In this document: positions 11,106 to 22,525 of the stretch, one piece after another | Layout: each line of letters begins with the position of its first letter | How positions within the stretch are numbered: the first letter of the stretch is position 1 | Position numbers and translations under genes: made by a program | The notes under the pieces: model-generated | Told to the model about the DNA's origin: nothing | What the model saw: only the letters and a program-made list of their open reading frames with translations | Databases searched by the model: none | NCBI GenBank assembly: GCA_977020255.1 | Contig: CDROCS010005932.1 | Span: 1 to 64,000, forward strand | Reading direction: 5' to 3' | Length of the DNA: 64,000 nucleotides | DNA from: Obrimoposthia wandeli | Taxonomy: Eukaryota

Positions 11106-13856
11106 GTGCCCAGCTATCAATACCAAAGATTGCTAGCACTAGGCTTGTTAAGTTGTCTAATGCCGATAACGGGAGCACAAGAGATAGGCTCCAACAACGG
11201 AAATAGTTCATGGTTCAAAGAAATCAACAACTACATCATGCAGTACAATACACCGACACTGATGATGCTATTAGTGTTGATAGGACTAATCGATGTTTGG
11301 CTTATCCGAAAATGTTTCCAATCTATGAGAACCGATAGAAAATGTTTCCAGTTTGTGAAAATGAAGAGACCAAATGAACCAACGAACCAAGTACTTGTGT
11401 ATCTAGACGAAAGGATCGAAGAAAACATAGTGAATGAAGCGATATTTTATCCACAAAACAGAATACTGAATCAATTCCGAATAGATTACGAAGCTGACCG
11501 ACAGCGCACACTTGACCGAATATCAACAACATTCGCCGGATGCAGGCGAAGAAAACGAATCGTAAAGGAAATACAAAAAGATGTGGATACAAAAGGTACG
11601 ACGTACATAATCGACGGCGATGTCATCAAAACACGTGAGTATGGAAGTAAGAGAGTGATAATTGAAACGATTGAAGGACATAAAACATGCTTGTCCGCCA
11701 AAATTGGATTCGGGAAATTGATGATACAAGGTAAACAGGTACAGTTGATTATCGGGAAAACTGGAATTGAAGAAATGTCAAAGCAACGACAGACAAACCA
11801 GACAAAATGACCTAACCAGAAACAGATGTTGCTCAAACGAATAATAATCAAAACCCTTTGCAAAAGGACAATCACGGCCCTGTGCACTGTTACACAAGGA
11901 TCGATCTACGGAGTAGTAATTGGATTGGTACTACAAGCCATTCCAACCAGTAAAGCTGAATTGATGACGCTACCTGGATATAATTTACATCTGAGAAATC
12001 TAGACAACACCCTAGAAATAATCAAGACGTCTTATAGTAAAGCCGTGATGATCATGTGTGTAAAAGGATGTCCAGGACGAATATGTGTAATCCCAGCAAC
12101 CGAAATGATAACACTAAATAATCATTATGGAATGAGTGTTGTCACATGTGAAGGATACACATTTGGACAAACTAAAATAGTACTTCTCAGTGACATGTCC
12201 AACCAAAGTACACATAAATTTAAAATATTAACCATCAAGAGTAAAGGGATACCAGCAATACGTTATGGTATTCTAGAATTGGTTAATCCAATACTAGCAT
12301 TGACTATCGGAGTCATAATAATAATATTGCTCATTTTGTTTTGTTGTACAAAGATAGAGTCGAGATCGAAAAAGAAACGTCATGATCTCGCAAGACAAGC
12401 AGGTCAAATGAATTTACAAAAATTCAACACAATGATACCAAGACCAGCATTCCTAAATGAACCAGCACCAAAGTATCAGCCAACGATATACGAACATATC
12501 GAGGAAAGACAATACTACATGAGTAACTTGAGTTATCCTAGAGAAGTTCTTGAGATTAGAAAGCAGACGATCATAGGAATCATGCTGATCATGCAAATCA
12601 CCACGACCGAGGCTGGTTATGAGATCATGATCAGTAAATGGAGACAAGATACGATACGGGCGTTATCCATAAAAATACCTCTAATAAAAACAAATTACGT
12701 AATAGGCATTCACCTACAAACATCAGCAACCGAAAATGTCGATCAGAAATTGTATGTCATTCGCCAGATCAAAATAAAGATTGACCAACATAAACTTTAT
12801 TACCGACTGATATTATTCTACCATGAAAAGGTATTATACCTACGAATAACAATATCAAAAAGGAAACGGATTATTCAAATTATCCGAACAAAGTCATTAA
12901 TATTACCTAACGACGAGCGCATCTGGAAAGTTGTCGACAGGATTATGATCACAGGTAGACGACGTAAAACCGTATGGAATTCCGTTAGAATATTCTTCAG
13001 ATTGTTAGAAACTGACCAGGTAACAGTGGCGTGTCCCAATCCAGATGGTGGAATCCGATTCGAAATTCAAAACCAAATGTTAGTACCACATTTTGATGCA
13101 GAATGTCTATGTAACCGAATTCCCAGCAATGCTAAAGAGACCACTACCATAATCATGGTAATAACAGATGAAATATTCTACATAACTCTAAGATACCAGA
13201 CACGTCGATTTCGTGGACTCGGTATAAGTATTAAACCCAGGAAAATCATTCCCGGAAAACCAATCAAAGTCATAAAAAAGGAAAAGGTGAAAGGAAGTAA
13301 ACGCCATTCCAAAAAACCAATCATAGTCAAAAAGAAGGCAAAGGTAAACGGAAGTAAACGCCATTTCGAGAAGCCAAAAGTAGTCATAACAAAGGCAGAA
13401 GTGAAAGGAAAAGAGCTCGATCTCAGAAATCAAAGTACAATTATTAAGAGTACAAGAGTGAAGGGAACGATTCCACTAGATCCCAAATATCATTTCCAAT
13501 CTCAATTAATAATACCTGTTAGACCGAAAACAAAATATCCAAATCCGCGAGTTATTAGAAAATCGGACATAATACATGGAAACCGATCAACACCAATGGA
13601 AACGCCATTCAAACCGACAAACAACAAAATGAAGTATGATTACCAATCATCAGACAGCGGAATAACAGCGGTCAATGCTCTAATTGGAATGGCAGTAGTG
13701 TCAACAGCAGTAGTTCTATTGACAGTCGTGTGCGTGAAAGGCAGTCAGGTATGCCCAAGAATACGACGGAAATGCGAAGGACTGCGATGCTGTAACACAC
13801 CCACAATGGAGGAAGTGGAATTGCGACCCTTACCTCCGCCTCCCATCAAGACATGA
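11106..13856 (+). CDS. C-terminal membrane-protein region of the polyprotein (one in-frame TGA at 11808)
   Basis: ORFs 11106-11810 and 11826-13856 share a frame, and the TGA is CGA in copy B. Three signal-peptide-like and three TM-like hydrophobic segments. Confidence 0.7.
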
Positions 13857-13981
13857 TAAGTCAGAGGAGGTTGTAGATAAATTAGTGTGTAAAAATATGT
13901 AGAAATATCTAGAAGCGATTGTACAAATAAGTAGAAATATGTAAAACCCATGTAGAAATTAATTGTCATCATGTATTTAGA

Positions 13982-14281
13982 ATGTCCGAAGAATGCCCAA
14001 TATGTTTGGAAGATTTAACCGAACGAAGAACAAGACCCGATACCTGCAACCACTTACACCACGAGGAATGTTTGTCAAAATGGATCAGAACCTATGGAGA
14101 GACTCCCTATCCGACATACCCTCGTTGCCCTGTATGCAGAAGACAATTCACAAAGTTAATCAAAATAGAACCCAACCAAGAGGATGTAGATGTACAGGTG
14201 ATATTATGTTGGAAGAATTTGAGAGAGTGTTGGTGTTATTACTGTTTATCAGAACGACAAAATTCGACCACTTTTGTGTAA
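13982..14281 (+). CDS. Small RING-H2 protein 1 (99 aa)
   Basis: CPIC...CNHLHHEEC..W...CPVC plus C-terminal CWKNLRECWCYYC. Confidence 0.85.
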   Translation: MSEECPICLEDLTERRTRPDTCNHLHHEECLSKWIRTYGETPYPTYPRCPVCRRQFTKLIKIEPNQEDVDVQVILCWKNLRECWCYYCLSERQNSTTFV

Positions 14282-14341
14282 ACATCGCACAACCACCAGC
14301 CCTCAATCGAGCCCAATTTCAACATCAACCCTCTCACAGTA

Positions 14342-14647
14342 ATGTCTGGAGAATGTTCAATCTGCTACGAGAACATCGTGGACCTCTATACCAAACCCAA
14401 CAACTGTGACCACCAGTTCCATGTCGAATACCTCGAGACGTGGATCCCAATCGCAAACAACAACAATCCCCTCGACTACCCAAACTGCCCGATGTGCAGA
14501 GCAACCTTCTCGGTGCACTATGTCTACAACCGGGACAGCCTCCAAGCAGTGGTACCCATTGTACACTGCTGGAAAAACATATGCGACTGCTGGTGTTCGT
14601 TCTGCGTAGAGGAGCGACGCACAGGCCAGCCCAACAGCCAGCAGTAA
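14342..14647 (+). CDS. Small RING-H2 protein 2 (101 aa)
   Basis: CSIC...CDHQFHVEY(C in copy B)..W...CPMC plus HCWKNICDCWCSFC. Confidence 0.85.
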   Translation: MSGECSICYENIVDLYTKPNNCDHQFHVEYLETWIPIANNNNPLDYPNCPMCRATFSVHYVYNRDSLQAVVPIVHCWKNICDCWCSFCVEERRTGQPNSQQ

Positions 14648-14997
14648 CCGAAGGTAACTTTTGACTTAAAACGTGACATCATGAACTACCCTGTGTATCG
14701 CACACCGCGATAAAATAACTACCATAATTGTAATCATAATTGTATAATCTTGCGAAACTGTAAAATGACCATTACCATTTTTATGTATGTTGTTTATTTG
14801 AAATTGTAATTATTAGACTGAAACTCCAAAAGACAATTTTTTATGCTTAGTATGAATGTGAAAAACATGCCTAAAATCAAGACAAAATTCGGTAGGATTA
14901 AAATACTAAGGCTTATAATATTGAAATTAAAATATTAAATTCATAAATTAATATTAAACCCAATTGAACCCCAAATTAAAGAGTAATTATTGCGCAG

Positions 14998-15528
14998 ATG
15001 CTTTGCTCAATTAGCCTCGAGAAAATCTGGGCAGAGTCGGCATCCCCTGCCGGGTGCCGGCACAAATTCCACGAATCCTGCCTCTATTTGTGGGCCAAGG
15101 CTCGACCCTCCGGCCACATCACATGCCCGATGTGCCGGGCACCCTTTTCCGAGTGGACGCTCCAGTGCCGTGGACGACCCAAGGGCACCCACTCATCCAC
15201 CAGTTGCATTGGTGGCGAGCACTGTCAGTGCTCCGTGTGCCTCGCGCGCCGTCGCAACGCACAATTGGGCATCCGCGAACGATGGCGGTCTAGCCGCGAT
15301 AACCGCTCATGGCAACAGGCCAGACGCTTATGGATGGAGAATTATGAGCTGTACGGGCAGGATTTCGATTTATTTATCGAGAGCTCACACCTGACCCCGG
15401 ACCAGCAGGTGGACCTACTCCTCGGGGACATTCCGTCCTTCCCAGACCTACCCCTGGAGCAGGTCATGCTCTATTTGGACAGTCAGAACCAGCCAACAGT
15501 AACAATTGACCTCACCAGCAACAACTGA
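14998..15528 (+). CDS. RING-H2 protein 3 (176 aa)
   Basis: CSIS (second Cys changed)...CRHKFHESC..W...CPMC, then CIGGEHCQCSVC and an acidic tail. Confidence 0.75.
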   Translation: MLCSISLEKIWAESASPAGCRHKFHESCLYLWAKARPSGHITCPMCRAPFSEWTLQCRGRPKGTHSSTSCIGGEHCQCSVCLARRRNAQLGIRERWRSSRDNRSWQQARRLWMENYELYGQDFDLFIESSHLTPDQQVDLLLGDIPSFPDLPLEQVMLYLDSQNQPTVTIDLTSNN

Positions 15529-16408
15529 TAAAACATTACAATTCATCCTTTCCGCTCCTTTCCTTCTCTAAAACACTTGTGTATAATATATGTAGTGAAT
15601 ATTTGTGACCTTGTCCGATTTATTCACTATCTTGGCAGTAGTACCGAATTTTGTTGAATATTAGGCATGTTGATGAGTTTTGAATGATTGAAATTAGTGG
15701 GGATGATTTTAAAAACAGAAGCTCAGAAGCTAGTAAATTAAAATCGATACGTTCCGGGGACGTAACTTTTTTAGAACCCCCGAGATATGTTAGGTTTAGG
15801 AATTGATAAAAATAGAATAATTAATCGAATTTATAGTGAAATAAGAATCCTTGAAAGCAAGGTTATAAATTAAATAAAATTGAATATTAGAATTAAATTA
15901 TTGAGATTGGGAGGTAAATTGAATATTAAGGACCACGAAGGTCGTGTGTAGTGCGCTGTATGTATGGGAGGTTAGATTATTATTAAGGGCCCCAAAAAAC
16001 AAGAATCAATTAAGAAAACGAAAATCTAATTAAGAAGATTATTGCGAAAAGTTTATTAAGAAAAAGGACGAAGAAGAAAATCAAATTAGTCGTACATTAG
16101 AAACCCATTAGCAGTCTAGCAGCTACGACAACAGAAACCCATTAGCAGTCTGGGAGCCAGCAGTAGCACTTAGCTAAATTGATTTCTTCTGTAGAAAGTG
16201 AGCAGCAGAAAAGCAAACATCCGCAACCAATTCCATTAAGCCGTCAGTGGGAGCCAGCAGCTAATAGTCTGTCGAGTCGACTGATCCATTAGGACAAGCA
16301 CAGGACGTCGAGAAAGAGACCAGCCGTAGTTTTCCAATTCCAGCGATTTCCGTGCGAGGTAAACACATTAAAGTAAAGTGTTTTCAATTATTCCATTAGG
16401 AAACCAAA

Positions 16409-16415
16409 TATAAAA
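16409..16415 (+). promoter_or_regulatory. TATA box in the LTR
   Basis: TATAAAA about 620 bp into the LTR. Confidence 0.45.
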
Positions 16416-17142
16416 GCAGACGCACTCCGATCGCAGAGGCAGTAGCTAACGAAAAAATACTCGTCGAGAAAATCCGAGCAGGAATAAAATTCGAGAATCA
16501 GAGTTACAGTAGTTAGAGTCCAAGAAAGAATTTAGAGGAAAGGTCGCAAATTGTTGTATCGGACAGCAGACGAACACAGCAGCAGCACAAGATCTCGCAG
16601 ATCCTTCTAGCAATCACCAAGCTCGAACGCGGAACTAGGACTCAAAGGACTCTCGAACACCGACGGATAGACCAAAGGCGATAGATCTCCAAACGAGACC
16701 GGACGGACGAGATCTTCGGAGTAAGCCGAAGTCTGCCGATATTGGAGGAAGGTCAATAACGCGATTTCGTGGAAATTATTTTACATCCTTTGCAGTTCGA
16801 CACGGAAAGAAGAACAGCGAGCAAGAAGCCGAAACGGAGCTATTCGGAACCAGGAAGTTGTCTCCGTGGAAACAGAGGTATCGGACTAATCCAGCACCAC
16901 GCCAAACTCCACAAAAGGTCCGTAACAGAACAAGACAATTCTAGCAACCGAATAAACCGCCTCGTACAAAACAATCCTAGCGACTGTATCAATCCCACAA
17001 AAGGACCGATCTCAGAGCGAGCATTACGGAAGACAATCGGAAGGTCTGCCAGAGCAAGCCTACGCATAGAATTATTCGGAGAGAGGTAAGAAGCGAACCG
17101 AATAATTGTGAAGTGAATTAAAGTAAAAGAAAAAACGTTACT

Positions 17143-18470
17143 GTGAATTTTGAATCTGAACTAGTAAAGTAATTGCCGTGAATTTTGAAGTATTGAAATA
17201 ATTTCTGTGAATTTTGAATCTGAACTAGTAAAGTAATTGCCGTGAATTTTGAAGTATTGAAATAATTTCTGTGAATTTTGAATCTGAACTAGTAAAGTAA
17301 TTGACGTGAATTTTGAAGTATTGAAATAATTTCTGTGAATTTTGAATCTGAACTAGTAAAGTAATTGCCGTGAATTTTGAAGTATTGAAATAATTTCTGT
17401 GAATTTTGAATCTGAACTAGTAAAGTAATTGCCGTGAATTTTGAAGTATTGAAATAATTTCTGTGAATTTTGAATCTGAACTAGTAAAGTAATTGACGTG
17501 AATTTTGAAGTATTGAAATAATTTCTGTGAATTTTGAATCTGAACTAGTAAAGTAATTGCCGTGAATTTTGAAGTATTGAAATAATTTCTGTGAATTTTG
17601 AATCTGAACTAGTAAAGTAATTGACGTGAATTTTGAAGTATTGAAATAATTTCTGTGAATTTTGAATCTGAACTAGTAAAGTAATTGCCGTGAATTTTGA
17701 AGTATTGAAATAATTTCTGTGAATTTTGAATCTGAACTAGTAAAATAATTGCCGTGAATTTTGAAGTATTGAAATAATTTCTGTGAATTTTGAATCTGAA
17801 CTAGTAAAGTAATTGACGTGAATTTTGAAGTATTGAAATAATTTCTGTGAATTTTGAATCTGAACTAGTAAAGTAATTGCCGTGAATTTTGAAGTATTGA
17901 AATAATTTCTGTGAATTTTGAATCTGAACTAGTAAAATAATTGCCGTGAATTTTGAAGTATTGAAATAATTTCTGTGAATTTTGAATCTGAACTAGTAAA
18001 GTAATTGCCGTGAATTTTGAAGTATTGAAATAATTTCTGTGAATTTTGAATCTGAACTAGTAAAGTAATTGCCGTGAATTTTGAAGTATTGAAATAATTT
18101 CTGTGAATTTTGAATCTGAACTAGTAAAGTAATTGCCGTGAATTTTGAAGTATTGAAATAATTTCTGTGAATTTTGAATCTGAACTAGTAAAGTAATTGC
18201 CGTGAATTTTGAAGTATTGAAATAATTTCTGTGAATTTTGAATCTGAACTAGTAAAGTAATTGCCGTGAATTTTGAAGTATTGAAATAATTTCTGTGAAT
18301 TTTGAATCTGAACTAGTAAAGTAATTGCCGTGAATTTTGAAGTATTGAAATAATTTCTGTGAATTTTGAATCTGAACTAGTAAAGTAATTGCCGTGAATT
18401 TTGAAGTATTGAAATAATTTCTGTGAATTTTAAATCTGAACTAGTAAAGTAATTTCCGTGAATTTTAAAG
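17143..18470 (+). repeat. 64-bp tandem array, about 20.7 near-identical copies
   Basis: Unit gtgaattttgaatctgaactagtaaagtaattgcc + gtgaattttgaagtattgaaataatttct; unit starts at 17143, 17207 ... 18423. Confidence 0.98.
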
Positions 18471-19129
18471 TCCGCAATTGAAATCGGATTGTTCTGCATT
18501 TTACCTAAATTAGAGCAACAACTCTACTAAACTTTATCCCGTGTTAGAGCAACAGCTCGGTAAACTACTGGTATTTTAGATCAACGCTCTGTAAACTTGT
18601 CGCAATTTTAGAGTAAAGACTCTAGCGCCAACCAACCCTAAACCTAAAATCGATACGTGGTTCATCCCTACTTGTGTAGAGACTTACGGAAGTATTAGGA
18701 ATTTTACTGTAACTTTTTAGAAATACGTACGTAAACGTATTGCTTTGTGTTAGTCTAGTGTGTTAATAAATAAACGATTTCCTACATTAGAAAGCATTGT
18801 TCTAAACCCTTCAGATTAAGAGACATCGGAAAACAAACACCTTCAGATAAGAATTGAGACAGGCAACTATAACATTAAGTAGGCCACGACCATCCTTAAG
18901 TCCTGCTTCTATAAGAACTCACGTTGGGGCCCTCCACACTAAAGAGGATCTATAAGTTTCATATAGAAACCCCAACACTATCTTAGACGATGATGGCTTT
19001 TTGAGAAGTAATACAAGAATTATCCATGCTGAATTTTTCAGTTATGATGTACAATTCTCGATTATTGTGTGCGAGAAGAGCAGTTTAGCAAGGTTGATTA
19101 TAAAAGAAATCAACAAGAAGTTGAAGCAC

Positions 19130-20130
19130 TAGGGTGATATGCAACATGTTCTAAACTAGGTACAATTTAAATTTTGGATTCCGAAGGTGAGACGAATAAT
19201 GAGTTATGTAGAAAATAAGTACAAAGCGTTTAAAAAATGTAAAGCAGTAGGAAGGACACAAATAATGACACCGTTGTCACGGGTTTTATTTAGAGAACCT
19301 TTCAAACCCTTCGCAAGATTTGGGTTGATTTTTCAGGACCAATAATGACAGTACAGGGCCGAGGAAAAGAGAAGAGAAAAGAGATACATTTGTATTTTAA
19401 CGTGTTTACAAGTTAGAGCGATACCTGTAAAGTTAGCCCACGGTCTTGACATGACGCATTTCTTAGAGCCTTTAAGAGACTTTTAGGAAGAAGAAAACGA
19501 ATTTATTGGCGCCACAAATGATCTAAACCAATTTGTAATTCACAGCTATTAAATAAAGAAGGAGTTGGCAGAGAACGATATCACATGGGTATTCAATCCT
19601 CCATGGTCGCCTCACTTCGGTGGTGTTTTTGAGTCAATGATAAAATCAGTAAAAAGAGCAATGAAGAAAGTTCTACAGGAAGAAGATGCGACCGACGAGA
19701 AGTTGGTGGCGGTATTAATAGAGGTCGACCAGTTGGTGAATTCACGAGCTTTTAGCAGAAAATCAATGGACAAGGAGTGTGAAGCTTTGACACCAAATCA
19801 TTTTTTAATTGTAGCCGCTGATTTTTGTTTCAATTTTTCAAATACATCGGGAAGGTTGCGGGTGAGATGAAAATTAATTCAAAAGTTAACAAATAACTTT
19901 TGAGTGCGGTGGATGGAGGAGATCGTTAAAATGCGTCAAAAATGGTTTGAGGAGAAAAGTCCGTGGGAAAGAGGAGACGTGGTGTTAGTTTCGGATAAAA
20001 AGAATGAACGTGGAGCATGGCAAGGAACTGATGGAGTGGGACGTGTTGCTTCAGTATTAATCGACAGAAAAGAATTGAAGAGGATGCAGTGAAATTTATG
20101 TTGTATTGGTTGAGTTAGTTGACTGAAGGT
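19130..20130 (+). mobile_element. BEL/Pao integrase remnant
   Basis: KRYICILTCLQVRA, WVFNPPWSPHFGGVFESMIKSVKR, LTPNHFL; many stops and indels. Confidence 0.85.
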
Positions 20131-21334
20131 TAGGGATCCAGGTCGCAACTGTGCCTAGCCAAAGACGTGATTGATTTGTTTTTAAGAAAAATTTATTTAT
20201 TATTTTTAGAAAGATATTTGTGTATTTAGGTTGATTGATTAAAATAGAATAAAAAAGTGTTTGGTTTTAGTTGTTGTGATTATAATATGTTGAAGAAGCC
20301 GCTGAAACAATAATGCCCCTGAAATAAAACTATTTTCAATTTATCAATCTTAAATATATTTAACTTAAAGTTCTTCTGAAATCCATTACGATATTCACGA
20401 CACAATAATTAATGAAAGATTACACTCTGGGCCTTATTAAGTCAATAAAGAAACTTATTAAGTAAAGAATTTTGAAAATAGCCTTTTCATTCTCGATTGT
20501 AAAGTCTGGTGAAACAAAATAATGTCAAAAAGTATGTAAAACATTTATTCCATAAATAATTAACAAATTATTAAGTCATTTTAATATCCTTTGGAAAGAA
20601 TGGAAAAAAGAGTGAATTTCTCCAATTTTTACATTTCCATTATCTTATTAATCATTTTTGTTTTAGTCCCAAAATCAACTGAAATTACAATCATCCAAAA
20701 TCTGTAGCAAAAAAAATTCAATTTAAAAAATCCGTGTCAATTACCTAGCGACTTATTGTACTTGTTACGTTAATTGTAACATCAAGTCAGAATTTGTGGA
20801 TACTTATCAAAATTTAATTTATTCTCATCTTAATAATCGTAAAAATGTAATAGTAATAAACAAATATGCTCTTATTAACTAAAATAAGTGTACCACAAGA
20901 ATCCATGCTATATTCAATCTTGTTTTTACCTTTTTAGGATTAATGACTTGACTCTTAATAAAACTGGTAAATCTCATTTATTTACTATTGATACTTCGTT
21001 TTAAATCATTGATTCGTTTTTGTTATATTACATTGATGTTTGTTATGCTATGTATTATTCAATTTCTTATATTACCTTCAAACAATTCAGTAATTTTTAA
21101 TTTCCGGAAAACTTCTATATTAAAAAAAAAATTACTGGAAAATTTGACTTTCATATTTTTGCATTCATTATCATTTTCGTAAAAACAAACATTTATTTAT
21201 ATTTTCAGAATATGAGTAGTGAATGAAAAACTCATAAAATGTAAAATTCAATTTTAATTACAAAAATATATTAATAATGGACAGCAATCAAATATAAGTG
21301 TTAAAAGTGTTAGGTTCCACAGAAAATTAGTTGC

Positions 21335-21408
21335 TGAGAACGGAAATTTAACTGCAGATCTAACTACTTACAAGTCGCACATTCTACTATTGAAATATTG
21401 TGGCTCGT
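21335..21408 (-). repeat. tRNA-derived repeat (SINE head or tRNA pseudogene), copy 1
   Basis: Minus strand acgagcc...ttcaatagtagaatgtgcgacttgtaagtagttagatc...gttaaattt is homologous to 50518-50592. Confidence 0.4.
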
Positions 21409-21939
21409 AATCTCGATAATCCAACTAAAAATAGTTAATGGGTATTATACAATTTTAAGTTTTAAGTAGCTGAATCTTTTCAAATATTTATTTTTAATAT
21501 GTGTAATTTATTTTGAGTATACTTGTATATATACTGTAAATTTCGTGTAATCCGATATTTCATATATACTGGTGTATTTGTAGGTCATTTAATTTCTATC
21601 TATTCACATAATCTGGTATTTTGCTTAGTTTTTTTGCTATTTTTTGAGACTAAAAATGTTCCTATGAAACCAAATCACGCAAAATTTACTGTGTTACTGA
21701 GGCTCAGTTCTTGAATTATATTATTATTACTCAAGAACATTGTTAAAAAATGTTAAAAGGCAAATAAAAGTCTGGCATACTTTTAATATAACATAACTAT
21801 ATATGTTTCATTTTATAATTTGATTCCACAAGAACTTAACTTTTTATATATATATGACTATATATCGTCCAAAACAAAGTTTATATTGTATATAAAAAAG
21901 TATAATTCAACTGAACTCAAAAGTAAAATTCTCTCCTTG

Positions 21940-22525
21940 TAAGCACTCAATAACCTTCCAGACTGTAGGATGATTATGTCTAACAAGTGATTGAAACTTG
22001 TTGTTCAATCCTTCCAAAGCGTTGTTGATGCGTGACTGGTCTACGACCGTGATATCGTGCTGGAAACTAACTATTTCTTATAAATTTGCTCAAATCTAAA
22101 TTTTCCGAAAAAATATCCCAAAAATTACAAACACTATCTAAACTAAATTATATAAAATTAAAATCTTATAAATTTACCAAAAAAACCTATTAGAGTGAAT
22201 ATCATAATCAACTAAACTAAATTATTTGAAAACTAACTGTTTCTTATTAATTAGATCAAATCTAAATTTCCATAAAAAGTCTCAAAAATAATGAACACAA
22301 TCTTCAACTAAACTAAATTATATAAATTTAAAATCTTATAAATTGACCAAAATAACCTTATTAGAACGAACATTATTTTCAACTAAACTAGAACTTATCT
22401 CATATCAAATTAAAATATTATAAATTTACCCATAAATTTTATAAATCTTAAAATTACAAAAAAAAATTCTTGAAAGTCCGATACGTCCTACTTTAAAAAA
22501 GGCCAGTCCGAAACTTCTACACACC
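21940..22525 (-). mobile_element. MULE (Mutator-like) remnant with AT-rich ~165-bp repeats
   Basis: Minus strand 21940-22065 encodes SRINNALEGLNNKFQSLVRHNHPTVWKVIE (RTNNxxEGW...HPxIW motif). Imperfect repeats at 22065-22400. Confidence 0.5.

Larger units (their letters stand above)
1..18874 (+). mobile_element. Giant Ty3/Gypsy LTR retroelement, copy A (5' end upstream of window; pol decayed; cargo-rich)
   Basis: PR-RT-RNaseH-IN order with YIDD (6372-6383), DILGP/DQG integrase motifs and GPY/F motif. Followed by ~5 kb of extra coding sequence, three RING ORFs and an LTR-like 3.1-kb unit (TGTTA...TAACA). Homologous second copy at 33358-45127. Confidence 0.9.
15788..18874 (+). repeat. Probable 3' LTR (3087 bp) of the giant Gypsy element
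   Basis: Starts TGTTA, ends TAACA; preceded by GGGGACGTAACTTTTTT typical of Gypsy 3' ends; TATA at 16409 and AATAAA at 18765. Flanks (agata / ttaag) do not match, so it is not a solo LTR. The partner LTR is not in the window. Confidence 0.6.

Noticed and set aside
442-13433. Many minus-strand ORFs over the Gypsy coding region (e.g. 442-792, 3750-4082, 5770-6120, 9775-10221, 11486-11887)
   Set aside because: Antisense shadows of an A-rich plus-strand frame; F/L/S/I-rich with no motifs.
16769-17089. ORF inside the LTR
   Set aside because: GTG start, no motif, lies in presumed R/U5; likely chance.
17143-18470. Possible CRISPR array
   Set aside because: No unique spacers, perfectly tandem units, eukaryotic context, no cas genes.
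20151-20309. Possible short LTR after the BEL remnant (tgtg...aaca)
   Set aside because: No partner copy, no clear PPT or TSD.
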